Notes: generated from the sequence alone by a model not told the origin. A DNA stretch of 17,020 nt from a bacterium (GCA_046757025.1 JBHHXN010000117.1:1-17020), one strand, 5' to 3'; positions 1 through 8,278 are shown, numbered from the stretch's first letter. Numbers and translations are program-made.

Positions 1-1468
1 GATATTCGAAAGTCACCACATCCCCCTGGCCGCCTACGCCGCGATTGATTTGCGGAATGGGCACGTTTGTTCCCACTTTGATGACGGCCTCCTGGTTGTC
101 CATCGCCAGGATACGCGGATTGGAAACCAGCTTGGAGTTGGTGTGCGTGTCTAAAAAATCAAGTACGGCCTGGTATTCGCCGAACTTTAAGGTGCCAAAA
201 TTCACACTTCCCCCTTCCAGCGGCACCTCTGCGGTATAACGAAACGGCAGCCCGGAAGGCAAGATGATCTCGCGAAAAATCTGGGCGTTGATGGTTTTCG
301 ACCAATCGATCCCGAGTTTCTGCTCGTTCTGGGGTGCGATTTCGATGAGCTTGGCCTCGATCATAATCTGCGGCGTGGGCACATCCAGCGCTTCGATGAT
401 GGCTTCCAGCTGCGGAAATTTTTCCGCCGTGTCGGTGACGATCAAGGTACTGCTGCGGCTTTTGGCTTGAGCCTTCTGACCCACGGCGCTTTCCGCAGCC
501 GGTTGAAAGTCGTAGTTGAATACCTGAATTTTAGCCTGGTCGGAAAGCACCTTGCTGAGTGTGGATTTAAGGTTGCTGGCGTCAATATATTGCAGTCGAA
601 ACACTTTTGTTTTCAGCTCCTGAAGCTGGAATTTATCCCGCGGCTTCACCAGGATGACCTCCCCCTCCACTACGTATTCGTAGCCGTTGGCTTTGGCGAT
701 GGCGTCCAGCGCTTGTTTGATGCTTACATTTGAAAGGCTCACTGTTACCTTGCCGCTCACTTCACGGCTGGCCACGATGTTCAATTTGGTTTGTTTGGCA
801 AGCAGGCGCAGCACGTTTGAGATCTCGGCGGCTTTCACATCCAGGGAAATTAGGGCGTCGCTGCGCAGCGGCGCCGGTACCCTGTCCGCATGGGGCTTCT
901 TGATGCTGACCGAGCGATAGTAGGCATTGGACGCCGGCGGCGGCACCTTTTCTGCGGCCTCTTCAAATAAAATATTTACCGATTTCTCCAGGGCTTTCTT
1001 CCTCTTGTGTTGTGTACCGAGTTTGCCGGTGGCGCCATCTTGCTTCGGCTGTGGGGAGGAGGGCAGCGGTATTCTCAAATCGAGGTAAATCAAGCCTGGT
1101 ATTTTTTGAGTGATGGTGTAATTCAACGGTCGTGAAAACGAAAAGGTGAGCTTGACGATAGCCGGCGATTTTTTCCATTGCTGCGCCGTGATGGTTTTGA
1201 CAAACACGTTCTTAAGTCTCAGGTGTTTTTTTTTCAGACGCAATTTCGCATTTTTAACATAAAGGTCGAGTCGCGGCGGTTTCTGACGATACTTTTCGAC
1301 ATAGGCCATTTGGCCGGAGCTGTGCACCATAAGACGATAAAAGCTACCCATATTCATCAGCTCGATTTCCTCTATGTGGGATATTTGCGCCTGCGCCCCG
1401 AGAAAGGACAGAAGCAGCATCAGAATACTCATACTCGCACAGCGGAATTTTCGAAAATTACAGCACAT
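1..1468 (-). CDS. pilQ: Type IV pilus / T2SS-family secretin (PilQ-like), 3' end outside the window
   Basis: Absent from the ORF track because there is no stop in the window. Manual translation from ATG at 1468 gives 489 open codons: signal peptide (MCCNFRKFRCASMSILMLLLSFLGAQA), a probable AMIN-like region, an STN/N0 domain (ISLDVKAAEISNVLRLLAKQTKLNIVASREVSGKVTVSLSNV), a secretin N domain (TKVFRLQYIDA...SSTLIVTD...LDVPTPQIMIEAKLIEI) and the secretin-core motif KLVSNPRILAMDNQEAVIKVG. It overlaps the pilP-like gene by 11 nt. Confidence 0.93.
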   Translation of the reverse strand, partial: MCCNFRKFRCASMSILMLLLSFLGAQAQISHIEEIELMNMGSFYRLMVHSSGQMAYVEKYRQKPPRLDLYVKNAKLRLKKKHLRLKNVFVKTITAQQWKKSPAIVKLTFSFSRPLNYTITQKIPGLIYLDLRIPLPSSPQPKQDGATGKLGTQHKRKKALEKSVNILFEEAAEKVPPPASNAYYRSVSIKKPHADRVPAPLRSDALISLDVKAAEISNVLRLLAKQTKLNIVASREVSGKVTVSLSNVSIKQALDAIAKANGYEYVVEGEVILVKPRDKFQLQELKTKVFRLQYIDASNLKSTLSKVLSDQAKIQVFNYDFQPAAESAVGQKAQAKSRSSTLIVTDTAEKFPQLEAIIEALDVPTPQIMIEAKLIEIAPQNEQKLGIDWSKTINAQIFREIILPSGLPFRYTAEVPLEGGSVNFGTLKFGEYQAVLDFLDTHTNSKLVSNPRILAMDNQEAVIKVGTNVPIPQINRGVGGQGDVVTFEY

Positions 1469-1940
1469 CGTTATTGAGCAACAAAGTCACCACTTTGCGT
1501 CCTTTTTTGCAGATCACGCGGTCGTGCTCGATGTCCAGCACCTTCAAATCGCCTTTTTGCTCGCCCGATTTCAAGATGACATCCCCGATCAAAACGTAAG
1601 CTTGTTTACCCTGCCAGATAATTCCTTTCAGAACAAAATCAGTGGAATCCATTCGCGAGGTATCCAGCTGGGACAGACGAAAAGTCTGGGCAAAGGGATC
1701 CCGGCCCCAGTTCATGTATTTCACCAGCTTTTTTATTTTTTTAGTGGCTTTTTGAATTTGTACAGGCTTCTGCGGCAGCGGCGGTTTCGACGGAGCCGTT
1801 GCCACGGTGGCGGTCTTTTGCAGGCGTTTTTTTTCTGGCCTGTCCGCTTTTTGACACACAAACTGATTGAAGACAAAACAGACCACACTTAAAACCGTCA
1901 GGGCGATCAGTCTTTTCTCACTTTTCTTTAGGCTCGACAT
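1458..1940 (-). CDS. PilP/GspC-like assembly protein
   Basis: 160 aa with an N-terminal hydrophobic segment, a Lys/Pro-rich linker, a WGRDPF motif (RDPF is typical of PilP) and a C-terminal beta domain (LKGIIWQGKQAYVLIGD...KVLDIEHDRVI). It lies between pilO and pilQ. Confidence 0.8.
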   Translation of the reverse strand: MSSLKKSEKRLIALTVLSVVCFVFNQFVCQKADRPEKKRLQKTATVATAPSKPPLPQKPVQIQKATKKIKKLVKYMNWGRDPFAQTFRLSQLDTSRMDSTDFVLKGIIWQGKQAYVLIGDVILKSGEQKGDLKVLDIEHDRVICKKGRKVVTLLLNNDVL

Positions 1941-1941
1941 G

Positions 1942-2523
1942 TCAGGATTTCGTTTGCGTTTCGGTACGGTCTGTCAGAAACAGAATCATGTCCACCAAAA
2001 TTTCGACTCTGGGATGAATGGCTTCATTATAAACAATTATCACTTCGCCCACGGAAACATAAAACGGCAGCTCCCGCAGCGCTTCCACAAATCGGCCGAA
2101 GTTTTTGTAATAGCCTTGCAGTTTTACATGTACGGGCAAATTGATGATCTCAGAAGGTGTTTGTTCGACGTCCGGGAGCTTGATCAAGGACTTGTACTCG
2201 GGAATCACCTGATTGAATTTCAAACCGAAACGGCTGCCGCAATTTCGCAGTTCGTTGACGGCCTGGCTCAGATTCTCTTTTGGAATTAATTTTGAGCGGG
2301 TGGTCAGTATTTCATCCTGGATTTTTTCCACCTGTGCTTGCAAAGCCGAAATTTGTGCATCCGTAACTTTGAAGCTCTGTAACTGCACCAGTAATTTTTT
2401 GCTCTCTTCTTTAAATGCCTGCAATTTTACCCAATCCGGACGGTAAACCGCAAAGTACCATCCCATCCCGATCAGGATGGTCAGCGCCAAAATCAGGAAA
2501 AGTGATTTAAGGGATTGGGGCAT
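1942..2523 (-). CDS. pilO: Type IV pilus assembly protein PilO
   Basis: 193 aa: N-terminal TM helix, coiled coil, then LIPKENLSQAVNEL...LPVHVKLQGYYKNFGRFVEALRELP, matching the PilO/GspM pattern. Its position in the MNOPQ order fits. Confidence 0.87.
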   Translation of the reverse strand: MPQSLKSLFLILALTILIGMGWYFAVYRPDWVKLQAFKEESKKLLVQLQSFKVTDAQISALQAQVEKIQDEILTTRSKLIPKENLSQAVNELRNCGSRFGLKFNQVIPEYKSLIKLPDVEQTPSEIINLPVHVKLQGYYKNFGRFVEALRELPFYVSVGEVIIVYNEAIHPRVEILVDMILFLTDRTETQTKS

Positions 2524-2536
2524 AATTTAACATACC

Positions 2537-5365
2537 TTAAATGGTACATTCGATAGCAAATTCTAAATTCCCATCTTCCCTGATTTTTTGATATTTGATG
2601 GCGATTTCATCGAAGTAGTGTGAATTTTCCAACGCCAGCAAGAAATTCGCCAGGTTGACCCCTTCCCGGGATCGATCGTGAAAAGCCACGCCATCCAGAA
2701 TAACCAGCTCCTGGCCATGTTCAAAAGACTTTTCATAGCGCGTCACCAGTTTAAGCGAGGTCAAGGCAATGTTGGCTGGAATCAAGTTGCTGATAGCCTT
2801 TAAATGATTTGAGGACGCTAAATTGACGACCACTTTTCCCTGAAATTGCTTGCGAAGGTGCTGAAGGGCAGACAATTGCTTCTGTAGTCCCAGATATTTT
2901 TCTCGTTTTGGTTTATAATTTTGATACTCCACACGAATGGCGGCGATTTCTTTTTCAAATTTCTGTATTTGAAATTTCACTCTTTGTGACAGCACCAGTA
3001 AAATCAAGAGAAAAATTAAAAAGCCATAATTGAATATTTTTTTGAATTGGCGAAATGTGTGCTCTTTTTTTAAATTGCCCGGCAAAAAATTTAGAGATCT
3101 TTCCCGATCCAGAGCCAGGCCGATGGCCACGGCGAATCGGGAACCCAGTTTGGCTAATTCCGTTTGATTGGTCACATTCTTCAGTGAAATATTCCGAAAG
3201 GGCTCTAAAAACGCCACCGGAGTATCGAGCTCGCGTGACAAGTATTTCGGCAAATTTATAAGCAAAGCGCCGCCGCCGCTAATCAATATTTTCTGCAGCG
3301 ATTCCACATGAAATTTCTCTTTATAAAAATCCACGGTTCTTTTGATTTCGGTGATCAACCGCTCCAACACCGGCCCCATCATAACGGAAATTTCCTGTAA
3401 TGGAATGCCGTCTGTGGTTTTTCTATCCTCGGGCTTCAAAATGTAACCGTACTCCCGTTTCAGGCTTTCAGCGCGGTCGTGCGAAATGGTCACTTCTTTG
3501 CCATCCAGAAATATCGAGCCCGTAAGCGCTTCAGTGATATCATTGCCGCCGGTGGAAATTTCCCGGGCAAACTGCAATTCACCATGATTTATAAATGCGA
3601 CGTGGGATGAACCGCCTCCCAGGTCGATGATTGCAATGCTTTCTTCGCCATCGCTACTCACCGCAACTCGATACAAATTCCAGAGGGCCACCGGCACGGT
3701 TGACACTTTGGTTGGCGTAACGGCAGCCGACTGCAATACGTCGATATGTTTTGAAATCAGATCGTTTTGTGCAGCCGTCACAAACAGCTCAATTTTTCCA
3801 TTTGATTGACGGTTTTTATCGATGACTTTGTATTCAAAATGGGTGGATTCCAGCGGAAACGGAAAATCTTTTCGGCAAGCCCACGGTACCGCCCGCGCCA
3901 ATTCCTTCTCCGCTTTTAAGGGCAGTTTGATATTTTGGTACAAGACTTCCAACCCCGAAACTGCGCTGGTGATCAAGGTGTTCTTATACTGCTTTAAATT
4001 AAAATCCTCGCGAATGGTATTGGCGATGGGAGACAACTTGGATTCTTCACGGTCGTGCTGCATCAGCTCGGGATTTGGCCGCATGCTACAATCCACGAGT
4101 TTCAGCTTGTTGCCGGTTCTTTGTATTACGACGTATTTCAGCGAATTGGTACCGATATCCAATCCCATAGACTTACTGTTTTCAAACAGAGAGGTCAACG
4201 AAAACGCACGGTTCAAAAGACTGCCACCTTTATAATGGCTCTGAAAGGATGCACCTATCCTTTCTAAAGATTGACGGATCTCGTCAGGAGATTCGGATTC
4301 TGACTCCCGTTTGTGAGTTGCTGTCTTTTCACTCAGAACGCGCGGCGAGGCCAAATCGTCAGCAGCATTCGGAATCGGGACGGCAGGCTCTTCGGCGTTC
4401 GCAGCGCTCAGGTCTGGCGCAGCCGCATGCGCCTTTTCTTCGGCCAGCTCATTTGTCCCTTCCGTGACTGGCGTCTTCTCAGATTCGAGCGCCGCCGTTT
4501 CAGACAAAGCATCCGTTTGCTCGGGAAAAGGCATCGAAACTTCCGTCCCGCCTTGCGTGGAGGATTTAATCAAGTCGGCGTTTTCACTCAAATCAAAGTC
4601 CTGGTTCTGCAGATTAATTGGCAGGTCGGATGCGCTGTTTCCCGGTGCAATCTCTGTGGATTCAGTGGACTCCATTTTCGATGCAAGCGCCGGCTCCGTC
4701 GGCAGAATCAAAATATCCTCGTCCTCTAAATTTTCAGTAGAAGCATGGTCTTTGGCTGCGGCTGAAGTTTCCACTTCCAGATTCTGATCGTCGAGCTCAC
4801 TGTTTTTGGTTTCCGAATCATCGGCATTTTTCAAATCGTAAGGAATCTCTGTTTGAAGATTAAATTCAGGCTCTGGAGGTAAAGTTAGCGGGGCGTCCAC
4901 TGCATCATCGACAAAATCAAAGCCTAAATTCTCAGCGCTGTTTTCTATCTCAGCAACCAAATCCGGTTCCTCAACTACCTCCTTCTCTATCTCTGATTCA
5001 TTGGCTACGTTTTCCGTGACCGTTTCAGATTCCTTTTCCTGAACCACGTCTTCATCCACCGCGAAATGATTTACCGATTCCAGAGCCTGTTCATTTATGT
5101 CGAATTTTAAGTCATGTGACGCCTGTTCGTCGGAATCCTTCTTTTCAAGCTTTGGCGCTGAGAGACTCTCCTCAGACGACGGGGTTTCCTGATTTTTACT
5201 GCCGCTCAACAACAACGACAAATCCAATTTATCGATTCCATAAACTTCCCGGTTGAGTTTATCGATATCGATGGTCGCGCTGTCAGACTTATTTTTAGAA
5301 GGCAACTTGCGATTTTTTTTCTTCGCTTGCACCAAAAAGTCCAGATCTAATTTGTCCGAATTCAT
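2537..5365 (-). CDS. pilM: PilM-PilN fusion protein with long acidic N-terminal extension
   Basis: 942 aa. Actin-like PilM motifs start at about residue 400 (MGLDIGTNSLKYV, IIDLGGGSSHV, ILISGGGALL, FAVAIGLAL). They are followed in frame by a PilN-type LNFLP motif (3080-3094), a TM helix (FNYGFLIFLLILLVLS), a coiled coil and a PilN-like core. Confidence 0.9.
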   Translation of the reverse strand: MNSDKLDLDFLVQAKKKNRKLPSKNKSDSATIDIDKLNREVYGIDKLDLSLLLSGSKNQETPSSEESLSAPKLEKKDSDEQASHDLKFDINEQALESVNHFAVDEDVVQEKESETVTENVANESEIEKEVVEEPDLVAEIENSAENLGFDFVDDAVDAPLTLPPEPEFNLQTEIPYDLKNADDSETKNSELDDQNLEVETSAAAKDHASTENLEDEDILILPTEPALASKMESTESTEIAPGNSASDLPINLQNQDFDLSENADLIKSSTQGGTEVSMPFPEQTDALSETAALESEKTPVTEGTNELAEEKAHAAAPDLSAANAEEPAVPIPNAADDLASPRVLSEKTATHKRESESESPDEIRQSLERIGASFQSHYKGGSLLNRAFSLTSLFENSKSMGLDIGTNSLKYVVIQRTGNKLKLVDCSMRPNPELMQHDREESKLSPIANTIREDFNLKQYKNTLITSAVSGLEVLYQNIKLPLKAEKELARAVPWACRKDFPFPLESTHFEYKVIDKNRQSNGKIELFVTAAQNDLISKHIDVLQSAAVTPTKVSTVPVALWNLYRVAVSSDGEESIAIIDLGGGSSHVAFINHGELQFAREISTGGNDITEALTGSIFLDGKEVTISHDRAESLKREYGYILKPEDRKTTDGIPLQEISVMMGPVLERLITEIKRTVDFYKEKFHVESLQKILISGGGALLINLPKYLSRELDTPVAFLEPFRNISLKNVTNQTELAKLGSRFAVAIGLALDRERSLNFLPGNLKKEHTFRQFKKIFNYGFLIFLLILLVLSQRVKFQIQKFEKEIAAIRVEYQNYKPKREKYLGLQKQLSALQHLRKQFQGKVVVNLASSNHLKAISNLIPANIALTSLKLVTRYEKSFEHGQELVILDGVAFHDRSREGVNLANFLLALENSHYFDEIAIKYQKIREDGNLEFAIECTI

Positions 5366-5387
5366 GTTGACAAAAATGAAATTAGTT

Positions 5388-5544
5388 AGTGTCTGACCGA
5401 AAACGGAAGTCTTTATGCTGAGTCCCGAAGTAAATTCGGGAAAGCATGATATAAAAACAAGAACTTATCACCCTTCGACGCAGTTTATCCTGAGCTTGTC
5501 GAAGGGCTCAGGGTAAAGAAATATGGACTTTTCAGCCAGACAAT
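5388..5544. mobile_element. MITE-like non-coding element with imperfect TIRs and nested REP-like palindromes
   Basis: Left end AGTGTCTGACCGAAAA (5388-5403) vs reverse complement of the right end ATTGTCTGGCTGAAAA (5529-5544) match at 13/16. Internal hairpins are TCCCGAA-gtaaa-TTCGGGA and CCCTTCGAC...GTCGAAGGG / TTTATCCTGAG...CTCAGGGTAAA. Confidence 0.65.
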
Positions 5545-5807
5545 TGTTAAGGTTTTATTAATTAATTATCAATCGAAACCAATACTTCAACACTCAATGT
5601 AATTGTGAATTATTTAAGTGGCTATTTTAAAAACAACATCAAATTTCACTGATAAATTCAGTCGATTATTTCAACAAATCGTGTCTTCAAAACATCGTAA
5701 AGAAACACCGGGCAAACGTTATTCACACCTTCATTTTGATATTTTCGCAAAAATATGTCGTAACGATTGATTAGTTAAACAGCCGGTGTTTTTGGATATA
5801 ATACTGT

Positions 5808-6641
5808 TTAAGTTATCGGCAGGAAGTCTGAAGTGTTGAGTGAAAATTGACCGTCAGAAATCAATTTTAAATAATGATTTAATTCATATTCCGGCGGTAC
5901 ATTCAATCCCATTTTGTTGAGTTGTTCCACCTCCTGAAAAATGATCTCCGGCCGGTCATCTCGGACGATCTTGCCCTCGTGTAAAACCAACAGCCGGTCA
6001 AACAGGAGGACTTCTTCGGGAAACTGAGTGATAAACAGCGTGGTAATCGCTTGCGGCGAAGGTAAGGCAGGTTGCATTTTGTTGAGATTCAGAATCAATG
6101 AAATGACTGCCTTGCGGCTGGGGGGATCTAACAGGGAGGTCGGTTCATCAAAAATGAGATAGCGCGGCGACATCGCCATGACCGCCGCCAGAGCCAGTCG
6201 CTGCATTTCACCGCCAGAAAGCCGGTGCGGCGGTTGCAGGCGGAGGGACTCCAGGTTAAATTTCTGCAGCATATCGTCCACGATGCGGTGCATTTCGGCG
6301 GCAGGCACGCCTAAATTCTCCAGGCCAAAGGCGATCTCTCGTTCAACGGTGGTGGAGACGATCTGGTTTTCCGGGTTCTGAAAAACCATGCCAACCCGAC
6401 GGCGGATTTCTACCGCTTCGTCGGCCCGACGTGTATCGAGCTCATCAACCCAGACCGCCCCTTCGGTTGGCAACAGCAAACCATTCAGACAGCGAGCCAG
6501 AGTGGTCTTCCCTGAACCGTTTGCGCCCATGAGTCCGATGGTTTCCCCCGGCTGAATTTCGAAGTGGACGCCATCGAGAACGCGGATATTTTTTGTCTGG
6601 TGCTGAGTGTATTCGAAGGTGAGATTTTGAACTCGAACCAT
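5808..6641 (-). CDS. ecfA: Energy-coupling factor (ECF) transporter ATPase, EcfA1/CbiO-like
   Basis: Walker A GANGSGKT, VGMVFQNPENQIVSTTVEREIAFGLENLG (typical of ECF ATPases), signature LSGGE, Walker B IFDEPTSLLDP. Confidence 0.9.
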   Translation of the reverse strand: MVRVQNLTFEYTQHQTKNIRVLDGVHFEIQPGETIGLMGANGSGKTTLARCLNGLLLPTEGAVWVDELDTRRADEAVEIRRRVGMVFQNPENQIVSTTVEREIAFGLENLGVPAAEMHRIVDDMLQKFNLESLRLQPPHRLSGGEMQRLALAAVMAMSPRYLIFDEPTSLLDPPSRKAVISLILNLNKMQPALPSPQAITTLFITQFPEEVLLFDRLLVLHEGKIVRDDRPEIIFQEVEQLNKMGLNVPPEYELNHYLKLISDGQFSLNTSDFLPIT

Positions 6642-6740
6642 GGCTCATGCAGCAGACAATTCGATTGGTAATTGAGAATAATTCTGCTCTCCAATCGCTC
6701 CCGGAAGCTCACAATCATATTTGTCGTGTTTCAGCAAAGT

Positions 6741-7160
6741 TTACTCCCCAGTGATCTGTACTTGCACACTTCGGCGGCGGGAGCGATTGTCGAAGTCGAT
6801 AACCACGATTTGCTGCCAGGTACCCAGCAGCAAGCGGCCATCCTTAAACGGCGCGGTGAAGGACGGACCCAGCATGGCCGCACGTACGTGTGCGTAGCCG
6901 TTACCGTCGCCCCAGGTGGCATCGTGATGGTAAGTCACTCCCGTAGGTGCAAACTTCTCAAACGCCTGCGGCAGGTCTTTCAGCAAGCCCGGCTCATATT
7001 CGATGCTGGTCACGCCGGCCGTGGAGCCAGAAAGAAATACCAGTACATGGCCCTGGTTCAGTCCGGACTGCTGCACAATGGCAGCCACTTCCCGAGTGAT
7101 GTCAATGATATCGGTGTGGCCGCAAGTCGAAATCTCAATGGAATCGGTAATGATTTTCAT
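6741..7160 (-). CDS. yjbQ: YjbQ / UPF0047 family protein (secondary thiamine-phosphate synthase family)
   Basis: 139 aa with DIIDIT, GSTAGVTSIEYEPGL, GNGYAHVRAAMLGPS and LLLGTWQQIVVIDFD motifs. Confidence 0.92.
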   Translation of the reverse strand: MKIITDSIEISTCGHTDIIDITREVAAIVQQSGLNQGHVLVFLSGSTAGVTSIEYEPGLLKDLPQAFEKFAPTGVTYHHDATWGDGNGYAHVRAAMLGPSFTAPFKDGRLLLGTWQQIVVIDFDNRSRRRSVQVQITGE

Positions 7161-7237
7161 GGTTCAATTAAATTTTAAGAACGGGAAATGGCGATTGAAT
7201 AATTTTGTATATGCAAAGTTGTGACGATGGTTGCGCA

Positions 7238-8158
7238 TCAAAAACCGCTGTTTTTAAAGTCAAAATGGGTCATGTGCCAGAATCCTTCAAATCGCATGCG
7301 AATTTCGTCGTCGGTTAAATCGCGCAATCGTTCCATACTAAATTTTTCCACACAAAAAGAAGCCAGGGTGCTGCCGAAGATGAGGGCGCGTTTGAAATGA
7401 TCCCGGCTCCACTCTCCCGATTTTGCGAGGTAGCCCATAAAGCCGCCGGCAAACGCATCGCCGGCGCCGGTGGGATCGCTGATGTTTTCCAGCGGATAAG
7501 CCGGTGCCCAGAAGAAGCTGTCTTCTGTGAACATCAACGCTCCGTGCTCTCCCTTTTTAATGACCATCAATCTCGGACCAAAATCGAGAATTTTTCTGGC
7601 TGCCTTCACCAGGTTGGGCTCCTGTGCCAATTGTCGCGCTTCCGAATCGTTGATTATCAGGACGTCCAACGACTCGAGCACCTGGTGCAGCGTCGGCAGG
7701 CTGCCTTCGATCCAATAATTCATGGTGTCCAGCGCCACCAGCTTTGGCGATTTGATCTGCTGCAGCACCTCGATTTGCAGCGCTGGAGCGATGTTGGCCA
7801 GAAATACAAATTCACTGTCTCGGTAATCCTCAGGGATGACTGGATTGAAGTTTTCAAACACATTCAGATGTGTGAACAGCGTATCGCGTGAGTTGAGGTC
7901 GAAATCATATTTACCGCCCCAGCGAAAGGTTTTTCCACGGGCCACTTCCAGTCCCTGTAAGTCGACATTTCGCTCAGTCAAAAAGTTCAAGCCAGCTTTC
8001 GAGAAATCCTCACCCACAACCGCTACGATGCGCACCGGCGCGAAAAAAGAAGCCGCCGCGCTGAAGTAAATAGCCGAACCCCCCAACGCCTCTTCAGCCT
8101 TGCCGAAGGGGGTCTCAACCGTGTCATAAGCTACGGAACCAACTACCAGGATACTCAT
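7238..8158 (-). CDS. PfkB/ribokinase-family carbohydrate or nucleoside kinase
   Basis: Starts MSILVVGSVAYD (ATG at 8158, preceded by AAAGGA; the track's 22 extra residues are probably not translated). Contains GGSA, INDSEA, KKGEHGA and the PfkB signature DPTGAGDAFAGGF. Confidence 0.92.
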   Translation of the reverse strand: MSILVVGSVAYDTVETPFGKAEEALGGSAIYFSAAASFFAPVRIVAVVGEDFSKAGLNFLTERNVDLQGLEVARGKTFRWGGKYDFDLNSRDTLFTHLNVFENFNPVIPEDYRDSEFVFLANIAPALQIEVLQQIKSPKLVALDTMNYWIEGSLPTLHQVLESLDVLIINDSEARQLAQEPNLVKAARKILDFGPRLMVIKKGEHGALMFTEDSFFWAPAYPLENISDPTGAGDAFAGGFMGYLAKSGEWSRDHFKRALIFGSTLASFCVEKFSMERLRDLTDDEIRMRFEGFWHMTHFDFKNSGF

Positions 8159-8246
8159 CTTGCATTCCTTTTCAAGGTTTTTCAGGTATTTTTTTTTGTC
8201 CATTTCTGAAATTGTGAAACTCACAGAATATTCAAGTCGCGGCCAG

Positions 8247-8278
8247 CGCTTGGTGAAAAAAAATCAATTTACCAAGCG
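8247..8278. other. Inverted repeat (11-bp stem, 10-nt loop) downstream of argS
   Basis: CGCTTGGTGAA ... TTTACCAAGCG. There is no U-tract after it on the minus strand, so it is not a canonical intrinsic terminator. Confidence 0.4.

Noticed and set aside
1226..1234. A9 run in pilQ (also A8 runs in the pilP-like gene and pilMN) as phase-variation tracts
   Set aside because: All frames are intact, and similar A/T runs occur in housekeeping genes in this window, consistent with Lys/Phe codon usage.
45..1892. Plus-strand ORFs of 64-172 aa and the 71-aa minus ORF at 963-1178
   Set aside because: They are antisense or off-frame shadows of the continuous pilQ and pilP-like frames and show no recognisable motifs.
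5367..5395. Plus-strand TTGACA near the pilMN start (another at 11718)
   Set aside because: Neither has a credible -10 hexamer at 16-18 nt spacing, and there is no plus-strand gene downstream.
6662..6697. Hairpin CGATTGG...CCAATCG upstream of ecfA as a vitamin riboswitch
   Set aside because: The intergenic space is only ~100 nt, and I saw no TPP, cobalamin or FMN consensus motifs.
8159..8224. 22-aa N-terminal extension of the PfkB kinase
   Set aside because: The family fold begins at MSILVVGS, and an SD-like AAGGA precedes ATG 8158.
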